From Trichoplax sp. H2 (Eukaryota), in NCBI GenBank assembly GCA_003344405.1, contig NOWV01000109.1, positions 186,001-250,000 on the forward strand: a stretch of 64,000 nucleotides of DNA. The letters run 5' to 3'. Each line of letters starts with the position of its first letter. Positions within the stretch are counted from its first letter, which is position 1. The translations under genes were made by a program, and so were the position numbers. Shown here in pieces: positions 1-12,589 of this stretch. Under the pieces are notes generated by a model, which saw only the letters and a program-made list of their open reading frames with translations, did not search any database and was not told the DNA's origin.

Positions 1-2179
1 TAATTAAGTAACGGCGCGCTAGTATTTTCTATCTCTAAAATCTAGGGTTAAGCAATCTTTGTAGGAGCAATAATATTTAGCAAAGTGTTGATCATTGCTA
101 TTTTAGCCATATCAGATAGTATTGGAGCAATTCTACTAGAAGAAAAGATGACGCAAACACTTTTATAAAATGAAATATTTGGTCAAATACACTCTAGTCA
201 GTATGTCATTAATTAGTCAATGATCAATCCATATCCGCAAGTACGCTTTCAACTAGGGTGATAAATTCTAAAAGTATGCCCGAACTTTTATCACAGTAGT
301 ATTTTTATGTTATAGAATATGTCGATATACACTAGCACTGTGCCCTCGTAATAAAATTATTTCCATTCCTCGACGAAGTTATTAAACTGCTACCGAAGCT
401 GCGGATTATTTTAAAGAAAAAGTATTTCTGTTATGAAACCGCTACCTAAGTTGAAGATGTATCGTTTATTGCTGTTATAGATTCATTAGTCTTATGATCA
501 TGAACAAGGTATCTCGCCAAGACAAGCTTTTAAAATTATTCTTTTTAATAATTTCTAGATTGCATCATTTTGACCTTAACACTAAGGTACCTAATAAGCA
601 ATTGATATTATCAATGAGATGATTCATGGCATCATAACCACTGCAATTAGTCATTTTCAAGTTATTATCATTTCCGTACAGAAATTGATGCCTATCCTAT
701 TAAAATCAATCTCGGAAGCTACGGTAATCTCATAAGTGTTCTCGTCGGTAATTCGTATATAGAAATGATAATTTAATGACTCATATATCCAGAAGCTCAT
801 GACTGTCACGATTGAATACGTAATCAAAGTTCTGAGTGATCGTTTAAACTTTAATCTCGTCATGACGACAAGCGGAAAAAGTACAGAAACTTTTATATAT
901 TGAACTTTAATATATGACGAGATAATAGCAGCACGTAGTAAGCTACCGTGGCTTGATGTTAGTTTATACTCTCGTATAATCTTAAGGAGAAAAGCTACCG
1001 CACTTGGCGAGAAAGACTACTTAACGACCTCTTTCAAATTCCAACACTCCCAGTTCAATTTAATTCTTACTTAGATTAATATAAGATTTGCAGTGTAAAC
1101 TAAAAGTATTCGATGAAATGTTTTACCTTGCAGCAAACATCCAAGACTATAAAGGGAAAATCATGGCTATAGCTATCTGTACTATATTTATTCGTTAAAT
1201 ACTATTCCTATACTGATCATCCTATCCTTTAACTACTTTTTATGATATTCCAGTACAATAGCAGTAACGCTATCACGGATGGATGCGGTAAACCATTAAT
1301 AAGATTCAATTGAATATTGAGACATTTGATGTTGTCCACTTGTTTCTACTATCATAATGTGGATCAACATGATGACGATGTGGCAATAGTAAGAATTCAA
1401 AACAACACCATTGCCATGTCTAATTTTCTCACAACAACATTTTATTATTGTTGTTGTAGACATAAATCACACGTCAATTTTGTTTTGCTGGATATGATTG
1501 ACGACATACGGTAAACGTCAAATTGTATTGATTCCAGCATGGAAAACAACAGTTATTTTGCCCTAGATTGTGGGTTTAAAATGCTTCGTTTACATCAAGC
1601 TGAACATTATATCATTATCGTTATCGATCATAGTAAAGCAATTGGGTTAAAATTTCTAGAAAAATTGAATAAAATCGATATTAAATAGATTACTTTAGGG
1701 GTCTTAGGCCGCGTAAACGATGACATAATCGTTTGGGAGCTAATTATATATTCTAGTCCTCACTTGTTTGTCAAACTAGCCAAAAAGAAACACTATTTTC
1801 TAGAAGCATCGGTGACTATGTCTCTCCAATGGTAGTATTCCTTTTAAGTCAAGAAGGATTTCTTCATGATATTGAAGTTCTGATAGCAAATATGATTCGA
1901 ATGATGGAGTGCAAGGGTTACAATCAGAAATTTTTACCGATATTGCTAGGAAAAAATAAACAATATCCCGTATGCTTGTAATGAACTTCAATATAATTTC
2001 TAGCTTTCTATCCTAACCGCCAGAAAGTACATTAAGCTTACAACGATCGTTCACAAATGAAAAAATCATCAAAGTCTTTGATGTGCTTATTATTTCGCAA
2101 ATGTAAAGCAATTTATTAGTAAAGAAGGAAAATTGAAGTTAGTGGAGTAATCACACAAGCAAGGCTATTCAACTTTTCG

Positions 2180-3250
2180 AATAGCTTTTAGGTTAAATGT
2201 TAAATCTAACCGCAAACTTCAACTTGGCACTTAAGAAACATAAAGTCTAATGTACAGCCCATTAGCTAGAATGTTTATGTATTAGGGGAAGGATATTTGT
2301 AATTAAAAGATTATTAACTAATAATTCGTGGCCAGTCTAGCTTACGTATATTACTGACAAAATAATACTACAATTTTATGAATACTTGCATGAAGAAAGG
2401 AAATTAAGGAAATTAAAATCCTTCACCAAGACGAGCCTTTAACCTGTACGTATAGCTATTAGGTTAGGCATGAAGTCTAACTGCAGACTTTAATCCAAGA
2501 TGGAAAAAACAAGTTCTGAATATAAATAAGGGGAAAGGTATTTGTAAAGGATTATTAACTAACGATTCGTAGCATATCCAGCTTGTCTATATCACTGAGA
2601 AAAATGATACACTATAATTTTGCTAATATCTGCTTAAAGAAAGTGAATTAAGGAAATTACGGTCCTTCACTAAAGGGGGAATTTAGTCTGTACTCTATAG
2701 CTATTAGATTGGACACAAAGTCTAACTACAGACTTTAACCCTACACAGAAGAAATAAATTCTGATAGTACAACGTGGACTAGTACGCATATAAACAAGGA
2801 GAAGGTTAAAGATTTATTTATTAACGAATTGAAGAATATCCAGTTTATATATAAACGTGAGAAAAAAATAGGTTATCAAAGCTTTAGGAGTATAATATTT
2901 CACAAATCTCAATGAATCTACTCTTGATAAAAACGAAACTAAAGAATGTTTTTTAGTAATTTACAGATGCAAAGGTTGAAACTATACCATGTACTGTAGT
3001 AATTAGGTTGAACATTGGATCTAACTGCAAACTATAAGCCAATAAAGAAAAAATAAACTCTGACCGTACTGTATTAACTAGCATGTTTAATAACATTATT
3101 AATACATAAGGAGAAGGGCAACTATAAAGAATGGTTGGTTGGCAACTGAAAGTATGCTCAGTTTATGCATATTACTGAGATAAAAATAGACCACCAAAGC
3201 TTTGCGAGTATATTATTTCACAAATCAAAACTAATTCATGAGTGAAAGAA
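2180..3250. repeat. Degenerate ~250-300 bp tandem repeat, about 4 copies; related copies near 8420 and 8860
   Basis: Recurrent 'tagctattaggtt....a.g.tctaactgca.actttaa ... aagg.gaagg ... ccagctt.....at..ctgagaaaaa' at ~2181, 2452, 2698 and 2997. Confidence 0.75.
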
Positions 3251-4833
3251 GGAAATTCTGTGATTCGTATCACATTCTACGAAGTTGAATTCGCCGCGCT
3301 TAAATTATCATAAACATCACCTCTATGATATACCTATTATCGTCAACAGTCCTACATTTGGCATTATTTTCAAGTGATGTTTAATTTACTTCTACATAAT
3401 ATATTATCTTTTATCTTCTGAATTCTTAATTAAAAAATCGGAATGCATCATATTGTATATGTTACTAGACTAGTTAATGGTAATAAACTGAAGAGTTATA
3501 TCACTTTAAAGTATTCCAAAGGAAACCAACAATTAACCTCATATGTTACGAAAGATTTTGCCTACGATTCTCTAATAGTACTAAGTCGAGAGTAAAACTA
3601 TAACTTACCTCGGATCTTAGCTCTATAGGAGTCTGTTTAAAATCTTTGACTAATGCATACAAAATATAGCAAAACTAAGATAGGTTATCATCTATCAATT
3701 AGAATCCAAATAAAATAATCCGATTCACATTATACTTTACCAATGGAACCCACCCATGTTGTATTTGATGTACTGCATGTCTTGTACTTTTTGCTTGACA
3801 TCAATAGACAAAATGGCATAACTTTTAGTTTGATTTAGCTGCAGTATTGACTATCATTACAAGCCATTTAGTATAAATTTTATCATCATGATAAAATAAC
3901 ACAACTCTTACCCTAATTTAGCCATAAAATTGGCTATCATTAAAGCTATTTGCTATAAATTTTATCGTGATTGAAAATACATTACATTAACCAAGTACGA
4001 GCATATAGTTTAAGATTGCACTATATAATGTATCGTACTTGGTAAAGTTGATGACTATTTAATGATAATAAATGATAATCTGAATAAAGTCGTCGGATTT
4101 ACTACGCACGAGTATTTATTTGCTAAATAAAATCGAATGCCATCATCAAACAAATTTAGCCACTGTTACAAACGTTTACTGGTACCCTAAAGTCTACAAC
4201 ATACATGGAGCTTTGATAAACCTTCCCACTACAGTACACTTATTCTAATTTTCTCCTTACTAAAATAGATGCTATATACAATCACTTTTACAGGATAAAA
4301 TTGTTGAAGCACATTTGTAAACATCAGTCTCTAATACATATCAATCGAAGTATTAATTTCTGCTATCAAAATCATCCAACAAAAAGCTCTGTAATAATAT
4401 ATTGATTTTCTACTAAAAATCTCAGCATTGTTAGCAAATTGGTACTGAAATCATCATCTCTGACTTTATTAATTCTTATTATTATATTCTAAATATAAGT
4501 CTTATGCAGAAAATGTTAGCTCAATCATTGGATTGAACAGCTTTTTTAAGTTATTTCTTTAAAAATCTTCGTAGTAAGATAATAGACTGAGCTCAAAAAC
4601 GGATGACTAGAGAGGAAAACTTTTATTACCACATTTGATTTTATTGGCTTGGTTAGAAGGCCTTTAATTAAGTTAGTAGCTGGAATGGGTTACTCTGTAG
4701 GGTAAAAAAGTTCAAAACTTGTCATACACCAAAAGATAGATATGAAAATTACTTGAGATTCAAAAAATGAAGTAAAATTAACTATGACCCATGAGTAGCA
4801 AACCTTAATCGAATCGAGACATGATTATCTTAT

Positions 4834-5991
4834 TCAATTACCATCCGTCGGCTGATACTTTTCTACTGACAGCCAATAGTCTTTCATGGCAGCTATACAT
4901 TCGTAAACATTTTTTTCTACTTCTATTGCTGGCATCGAATAGAATGAACCTTGATAACACTTTTGATATAACTTTCGAATTTGTTCTTTTAACTTTTCAT
5001 CATCATATCGATACTTTTTCAGCTGTTTCAACTGTTTTTTACACCAAATAGAGAGTATTGCAGAGCTATCAGCCCATATATCATTATTATATATAATATC
5101 TAATTTTCTTTCGGGAAATGGATCTGTTTTATTGAAACTTCTGTATTCTAACTGTATCAAATATGGATATAAACGATGAATACTCGACCTAAATTCAATA
5201 TTATGACCACTATCAATAAAATAATCTTTTAACAAATTACTTGTCACACTAAGATTTCCCATACAATAATGCGCTTGGCGTTCTATTTCTACTTGCATTG
5301 GAAGGACTAATTCATATTCTATTTTATCATTTTTGATCATGCCTTGGCAAAGTGCGGTACCATTTTTGTTGTGCCTTACATTATAGCATGGGTCGCCTTT
5401 GGAGTTTTTAATATGACTGCAATTATCTCGTAGATATTGCTTAGCGGAACGTGGATCAAGTGTACCCCTATAATAATTGGGGTTAGTAATGACATCAATA
5501 GTGATATCTTGCTCCTTAAAATTGGGGTTTTTCCTTTTGATTTCTTCTAGTCTATCGGCTATAAAACTTGAATGACTAAATAGATCTACATGTGCGAGTA
5601 ATAGGCTAACAACTGGATGTGATTGACCGTCTTTTCCAATAATTGTCTTTCTATAGCCAATAACTACTGCAGCACATCTTGTTATACCAGCAGTTGCTAC
5701 GCTAATTTGGTTTACATTATCCATATTGAAATGAATTATCCCTGTCTCATTCACGGTGACGAGAACCATCTTCTTAGTAAATCCTTGTGGAATATCATTA
5801 TGATTTAGATTGCTTATTCCTTGGCTTAAATTATCTTGCCATGATAAGTCTTGTGATTCTAATGTTTCTGATTCTCTCTCGTGGCTAATGATATCCTGAC
5901 CTCTTCTATTGATGGGAAATTTTACTTTTTCCTCCTCTCTCATAGGTAATTCTATTGAACTCGTACTTCCTTTTAGTTCACTTGCCATCAT
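4834..5991 (-). CDS. Single-coding-exon 385-aa protein, putative Cys-His deamidase/amidohydrolase of the CheD/NTAN1/CNF1-like fold (paralog A)
   Basis: Uninterrupted 385-aa ORF in an intron-dense genome. Motif MVLVTVNETGII...ISVATAGITRC(106)AAVVIG...SLLLAH(134)VD follows the V.Q.E...T.G...C.avv...lAHvD layout I recall for CheD/NTAN1-like enzymes. Full-length paralog at 10050-11192. Confidence 0.8.
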   Translation of the reverse strand: MMASELKGSTSSIELPMREEEKVKFPINRRGQDIISHERESETLESQDLSWQDNLSQGISNLNHNDIPQGFTKKMVLVTVNETGIIHFNMDNVNQISVATAGITRCAAVVIGYRKTIIGKDGQSHPVVSLLLAHVDLFSHSSFIADRLEEIKRKNPNFKEQDITIDVITNPNYYRGTLDPRSAKQYLRDNCSHIKNSKGDPCYNVRHNKNGTALCQGMIKNDKIEYELVLPMQVEIERQAHYCMGNLSVTSNLLKDYFIDSGHNIEFRSSIHRLYPYLIQLEYRSFNKTDPFPERKLDIIYNNDIWADSSAILSIWCKKQLKQLKKYRYDDEKLKEQIRKLYQKCYQGSFYSMPAIEVEKNVYECIAAMKDYWLSVEKYQPTDGN

Positions 5992-8900
5992 TAAAGATTG
6001 TGGTACTGCTTGATTTGTAGGTATTATTAATGCCTTCTTTTATAGCTCTTTAGGAATGCTGTGTACTATTGCTAAGCATACCATCAACAAAGATGTAATA
6101 GTAATCCAGTAGCGATGACATTTTTTTGTGATAGGAGAGTAGGATAAGAAAGCGACTAAACAAGAAAGGCAATAGTCAAATATTTTACATTGTACGTTTG
6201 CACTGCCGTAAACTGTTGGATTGGGAGCAAAATTATTATCTAACTAAATCAACAACTTTTTCTAAGGCTTTTCTAATATCGGTATCAGGTTAGAATAGAG
6301 CTGGAAGTAGTGTCTTGTATCAACATTGGATGCGATTTAATAAATATCTATTTTTTCAAAATTTGGATTGATATGATTACGACAGAATACAAACTCTGTA
6401 CGAATACAGTGAAAATAGAAGGATAGAAATATTGTAGTCAATAAATAAAAAGGAGTAAGTCAATAGCAATCTAGTCTAAGCTGCCTAATAACAACGTATG
6501 ATAATTGAGAGAGACAGAGGAAAAGAAAATATGTATCATTAAACAAGTTCATACTAACGTTATCCAATGACATAATGTGCTCTATATGAAGAAAAGCAAA
6601 ATAAAGCAGAAAATGCAAATACATCGTAGTTATAAGATCTGATACAAACCTTACTCATTCCTTGAATTTCGTTATTTATCCACTAGAGTATATAGACTAG
6701 GTAAAATGAATTAGTTATAAGCAAGACCAAGAATCATGTAAACTATGTTCGAAATCAATCACTGTAGTATAGAAATAGCAACTTACCTCGTACGAACAAA
6801 AGTTTGTGTACTTTCTAGCTGTAAGTTTTGAAATTGGTATGATTACAGGGTAAAAGAATATACGACAAGGTAGCCCATTGCGGAAAGTAAAAAGTGCGAA
6901 AATAAAAAAATATAAATGCATGGGTAATCTTAGCTTGTATTTATTAGTAGATTAGCTTTTGTATTTTCTTGCATATTTTATCATCCTATCCACATTATGC
7001 ATGTATTACCAACCAATATGATAGATGTATGTCTCTCTATAAAAAATTAATAATTGATTTAGTGATGGACAAAGTCATTATTAAAATATAAAGATAAACA
7101 AATATACAAATACATAATAAAATACGAAAACCTCCTCAAAGTAGATCCAGCATGATAACGATGATATTTCAAAGCTTCTATCTGCAAGTTATTTACTTAC
7201 CTGTAGTTTTAGGTTTTTTATAGCTCATTAAAAACTATAGTAAACGCTCGTCAATCAATTCGATAGGTATGCCTAAGAAGTTTTTAAATGTTATCAATCA
7301 ACAAGCTAACGATAGAAATAAGTGAAGAAGAAAAAGTTACCATTAGCTCTACTATTCTACGTTTGAACGTAGGGATAGGGAAGAATAACTCGAATGGCAT
7401 TATGCGTGGCATTGATAAAAGGTCTGCTTACATAGGGAGTTCTGCTCTAATTTATGTCAACATACTTTCAGTAAATATTAATTAGACGCTTTCAGATCAG
7501 TAATACAGAGTTTCTAGTTTTACTGTGAAAAAAGATACTGTAAGATGAATAAGATTAGGTTCTTCTCCTGTATTAAAATACGATTTAAACTCTAGAATGA
7601 TTGGCTAAAAAGTACTGCAATTTTGGTTGACTACTTTTATAAGTTAAACTACGACATAATTGCTTACGACCTAATTATAAATTGTAATTCTTATTTGTTG
7701 GTCAAACTGCCTGCAAATGAATCAGTACTTTCTAAAAGTATTGGTGTAAGATTTCCAAAATGATCATGATCTTTCCTATCAAGCCAAGTACAATTTTTCA
7801 TGATATTCACATTCTGATTGAAAGGCATTATTGAGAGCAATGGAACGAAAGGGCTACTGTCAGATAATTCCTCCGATATTGCTAACCAAAAAAAATTTGC
7901 ACACGTCTATCATGTCTGAACTAAGTTGCAGCAATTTCTAGCATTCTTACCATAGCCATCCGCCAGTATGGCATACTTTAAAGATATCAAGCTTAACTGT
8001 ACTATATTGCCCAGAAAAAAAAATTAATTACGATAGTTTAACCAGGACATTTTTATACCAATTCTACGTAAATTCATGGATGAAAAGTTACCATAATGAA
8101 TATTTGATTAATTCATACATGCAATGCTTTCAACTATAGCTATTAGAGTGTTTACTCAATACAATAGAAACAAGATGCTGATAATGTAGTAAATTAACTA
8201 ATATGTCTGCAAATTAGAGAAGGATAATTGTAAAAAATAATTAGTTGCCAATTCAAAGGGTGTCCAGCTTACATACCGGTACCGTTTATCATGCGATAGG
8301 ATAGATACCCATATTTTACAAGGATAAATGTGAATTTCACAGGTTGCAACTAATTAAGAATATTTATATCGATATTTGAGTAATTCATAAAAGTAAGGCT
8401 CCAAGTTCAGTGTAATATAGCTATTAGGTTTGGATAACACGTCATCTATAAACTTTACCTCGACAGTCAGCACTGAAAAACGAAAACGCTGTTAGGTATC
8501 GTCTATGAACCAACACGTATACAAGCGAGAAGGAGGATAATTATAAAGATATAATAGTTTCTCATTTAACGCATTGTCTAGCTTATATCCATGAGAAGAA
8601 ATAACAGATCCTACGACTTTACCACTGCATTAATTTATTCGACAAATCAACACATGATGAAGAATGATTCACAAGTGATTTAAAGCACGTCCAGCTTATA
8701 TATATATCGCTGAGAAAAATAGACCATCAAAGCTTTACGAGTATATTCATTATTTATTTTATAAATTTCCACAAATCCATCTTAATGATTGATATAAAAA
8801 GAAACTAAAGGATACTTAAGTAATCCATGTAGACTAAGATTAAAACTGCACGATTTAGTTGTAAGGTTAAACATTAGGCCTGACTGCAACTTATAACACG

Positions 8901-10049
8901 ATATAAAACACAAAATCTAATCGTAATGTATAATATTAACTACTCGTAACATGTTTAATCAACATTGCTCATAAATAAGGAGAAGAGTATTTATGAAGAA
9001 TGATTTGTTAGCCATTCAAAGTACATCTAGATAACGTATATTTCTGAGTAAAAAATAGCCCGCCAAAGCTTACGAGTATATCATTTCATCAAACAGAATT
9101 AATCCATGAGTGAAGGAAGGAAATTTTATGATTCGTATCGCATTTTAGCAAGCTAAAATCAATACGCTTACATTATCATAAGTGTTACTTATACTTAGCA
9201 AAATAATGACTCTTTAATAATGATAACCTAGATAAAGTCATCGAGTTTACTACATACGAAAGTTTACATGCTAAGTAAAATCGACGGTTATCATCAAGCA
9301 AGTTTAGTTACTGTTACAAACATTTATATCACTTAGCAAAAATGATAGTTATCTAATAATGATAAATTATAACCTGCATAGAGTCATCGGGTCTACTACA
9401 TATGATTTACTGAATAAAATCATTAAACAAGTTTAGTCACTGCTACATACGCGTACATTTACGCCATAACACACATGCTGCAATTTCTACATACTAACAT
9501 TTCTAAATCTACATGTAATCATTTTTACAGATAAAATTACTGAAGAATAGATAATTCTAAATATTATTCTCCAATGCATATCGATCGAAGTATTCATCAC
9601 TACTATCAAAATGATCCAACAAAAACGCTCTATACTAGTATACTGATATTCTGCTAGATATTCTAGGGATAGTCAAAATTTTGAACTAGCAGAATGCATC
9701 CGAACTAGCAAATTAGTTCAGAAATCATTATGTCAGACTTTATTACTTCTACCTATTATACTAAGTACAAGTCTCACCCAGAATATCATGGCTATGTGAT
9801 TAAATTAGACGACTTGTTAAGTCATTTGATAAGGTAGATCAATTATTATTACCACATTTAATTCTACTGGCTTGGTTAGAAAGGCGTTTCAGTTACCTAC
9901 TGGAGTAGTTACTCTGCAGGAAAATCAATAGTTCAAAAAAATTTTTTAATATATAGAAATGGAAAGAACTTGAGATTCAAAAATGAAGTAAAATTAATTA
10001 TGACATACAAGTAGCAAAATTAATCGTAATTAAGACTAGATTATCTTAT

Positions 10050-11192
10050 TCACTGACCATCCTGCGCCAGATATAATTCTAGTGACCGCCAATAACTCAT
10101 TATTGCATCTATACATTCGCGAACATTTTGTTCTTGTGCTATTGGCGGCATCAAATATAATGAACGGCGGTAACATTTTTGATGTAAGTTTCGAACCTTA
10201 TCTTTCAACGTTTTATCATCATGTTGGAATTTTTTCAGCTGTTTCAATTCTTTTTTACACCAACTAGATAGTTTTGCCGAGCTTTCAGCCCATGCATCAT
10301 TGCTATATATAATATCTAGTTTTCGTCCGGTGTATGGGTCTGTTTTATTCCAATTTCTGTACTCCAAATGTACTAAATAGGAATTGACCTGATGAATACT
10401 TTCTCTTAATTGAACCTTACGACCAGCCTCAATAAAATAATCTTTTAATAAATTACTAGCACTATTACAGTTTCCCGTACAATAATTCAGTTGATGCAAC
10501 ACCTCTTCTTCTTTTGGAGTCATTAACTTGTACACTATTTTATCATTTTGGATCATACCTTGACAAAGTACGGTGCCATTTTTGCTGTGTCTTATGTCAT
10601 AGCATGGTTTGCCTTTGGAATTTTGGATATGACTGCAATTATCTTGTAGATATTCTTCAATTGGAGGTGCAATATAAAAATTGGGATTATTAATGACATC
10701 AATAGTGATATCTTGCTCCTTAAAATGGGGATTTTCTCTTTTGATTTGTTCTAGTCTATCGGTGATAAAACTTAAATGACTATATGTATCAACATGTGCG
10801 AGCAATAGGCTACCGACGGGATGTGATTGGCCATCTTTTCCAATCTTTCTATTTTTATAGCCAATAACTACTGCAACACAAGTAACTATGCCACCAGTTG
10901 CTATGCTAATTTGGTGTATATTATCCGTATTGAAATTAATTATCCCAGCCTCATTTTGAACGATAACAACCATCTTCTTAGTGAATCCTTGTGGAATGTC
11001 ATCATGAGTTATATTGCTTATCCCTTGACACAAATTATCCTCCCATGATGAGTCCTGTGATTCTGATGTTTCTGATACTCTCTCATGTCTGATGATATTT
11101 TGATCTGTTCTCTCGATAGGCAATGTTACTTTTTGCTCCTCTTTTGTCGGTATTTCTGTTTGACTTGTACTTACATTTTGTTGACTTGCCAT
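10050..11192 (-). CDS. Single-coding-exon ~380-aa protein, putative Cys-His deamidase (paralog B)
   Basis: ORF track 10050..11282 starts at TTG; the first ATG (MASQQ, 11192) aligns with the start of paralog A. Motif VVIVQNEAGII...ISIATGGIVTCVAVVIG...SLLLAHVD. Colinear with paralog A, roughly 60% identity by eye, one short indel after NPNFY. Confidence 0.8.
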   Translation of the reverse strand: MASQQNVSTSQTEIPTKEEQKVTLPIERTDQNIIRHERVSETSESQDSSWEDNLCQGISNITHDDIPQGFTKKMVVIVQNEAGIINFNTDNIHQISIATGGIVTCVAVVIGYKNRKIGKDGQSHPVGSLLLAHVDTYSHLSFITDRLEQIKRENPHFKEQDITIDVINNPNFYIAPPIEEYLQDNCSHIQNSKGKPCYDIRHSKNGTVLCQGMIQNDKIVYKLMTPKEEEVLHQLNYCTGNCNSASNLLKDYFIEAGRKVQLRESIHQVNSYLVHLEYRNWNKTDPYTGRKLDIIYSNDAWAESSAKLSSWCKKELKQLKKFQHDDKTLKDKVRNLHQKCYRRSLYLMPPIAQEQNVRECIDAIMSYWRSLELYLAQDGQ

Positions 11193-11225
11193 CGTTAATG
11201 ACTGTTCCCCTTTTGATTTATAGAT

Positions 11226-11796
11226 ATTATTAACGCCTTCTTTTATAGCTCCTTGGCAATTCTGAGCACTATTGCTAAGCAATACAATGGATAAATATAT
11301 AATAGCAATTCAACGGCGATAAAATTTTGTGGGATAGGAGAGTAGGATAAGTATCTAATCAACAAACAATAACTACGACCCTTGACTGTACTGTAGTTCG
11401 ACCTGTTACTTTTATTCTTAATTCGCTGTACTCTACTTCGCTTCTACTTTTTCTGATCCGTAACTTACGAAACTTCTAGCACTGACCGACTGACTACTTA
11501 ACGGACTTCCGCTATTATTAACGCCTTCTTTTATAGGTCCTTGGCAATTTTGTGCTCTATTGCTAAGTAATACAATGGATAAATTATATAATAACAATTC
11601 AGCGGCGATAGAATTTGGGGGGATAGGAGAGTAGGATAAGTATCTAACCAAAAAAACAATAACTACGACCCTTGATTGTAGTTTGATCTGTTACTTTTAT
11701 TCTTAATTCATTGCACTCTACTTTACTTCTACTTTTACGGATCCGCACTTACGAAACTTCTAACTCTGACCGACTGACTACTTAACGGACTTCCGC
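11226..11796. repeat. ~285 bp direct tandem duplication covering the 5' leader of paralog B
   Basis: 11226-11512 and 11513-11796 are near-identical (attattaacgccttcttttatag...gaccgactgactacttaacggacttccgc). Confidence 0.9.
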
Positions 11797-12589
11797 ATAA
11801 TGCTAAATATACAGTTATATGTATCGCGTGATTCGCGTCCAGTAACGCATATGACTTATTCGATATCAGTTTCTTAACGGACTGAGTTGACAACATTCTA
11901 TCTTCAAATAGTATACTAACATATGCGAATATATATAGAATCACAACAAGCCGGTTAGAGTAGAGCTGTGAGAAGTTGTGTCTCTCTATATTAAGATTTT
12001 ACGTATATTTCATAAGTTGGATCTAAATTATTACAAGTTCAACCTCTGTACAAATAGAGTCAACATAGAATATTAAACTCTTCGACTGGACGTCTTTCAT
12101 TCTGAATAGGACTAAAGAGAATTAAAATGAGATTATGCGAAGCATTGATTAAGATTAGGAAAACTTCGGGGGTCTACTCTAATTTATGCCGATTTACTTC
12201 GGTGGATATTAATTAGATACTTTCACATCAATGCTACAGAGTTACTAGTTATGTTAAAAAAAGAGACACTGTAAGATGAGAAAATGAAGCTCTTTCCCCG
12301 TATTAAAATACGGTGTAAACTGAAGAAGGATAGACCAAAAATGACTGTACCTTTAATTGACTAGTTTTATAAGTGATCACGATAACAGAATTCCTCATAG
12401 CCTAATTATAAATTGCAGTTCTCATTTACTTGTCAAACCACCTTAAAGTGGATCAATGTATTTTTTAGGAGCATCAATGTAAGACTCCCAAATGATAATA
12501 TTCCTTCCTATCCAGTCCAACACGATTTCTTTGTAATATTTACTCTCTGATACAACAATATTATTGAAGCAGAGGAATCAAAGAATGAA

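Larger units (their letters stand above)
1720..12570. repeat. Tandem segmental duplication (~5-6 kb units), each unit containing one deamidase-like gene
   Basis: Alignable non-coding blocks: 3100-3310 with 8960-9180; 4060-4830 with 9200-10050; 7410-7840 with 12160-12570. The block 'ctaattata..att.tag..ctca.ttgtt.gtcaaact' occurs at ~1740, ~7670 and ~12400. Confidence 0.85.

Noticed and set aside
1-1991. Short ORFs 657-863, 1317-1514, 1800-1991 and a possible terminal exon at ~48-135
   Set aside because: No recognisable motifs or consistent splice chain; 1800-1991 overlaps a non-coding duplicated block.
5992-6125. Signal-peptide-like stretch (HRYWITITSLLMVCLAIVHS) in frame upstream of paralog A
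   Set aside because: It is separated from the ORF by a TAA stop, and paralog B has a TGA and frame differences there. Treated as UTR, although a decayed signal peptide cannot be excluded.
4821-11048. Plus-strand ORF pairs 4821-5051/10082-10267 and 5623-5808/10827-11048 resemble each other
   Set aside because: They are antisense shadows of the duplicated minus-strand genes; the similarity follows from the duplication.
11433-11944. ORFs 11433-11651 and 11735-11944 as a third paralog or partner genes
   Set aside because: They are translations of the duplicated 5' leader, with non-ATG starts and no catalytic region.
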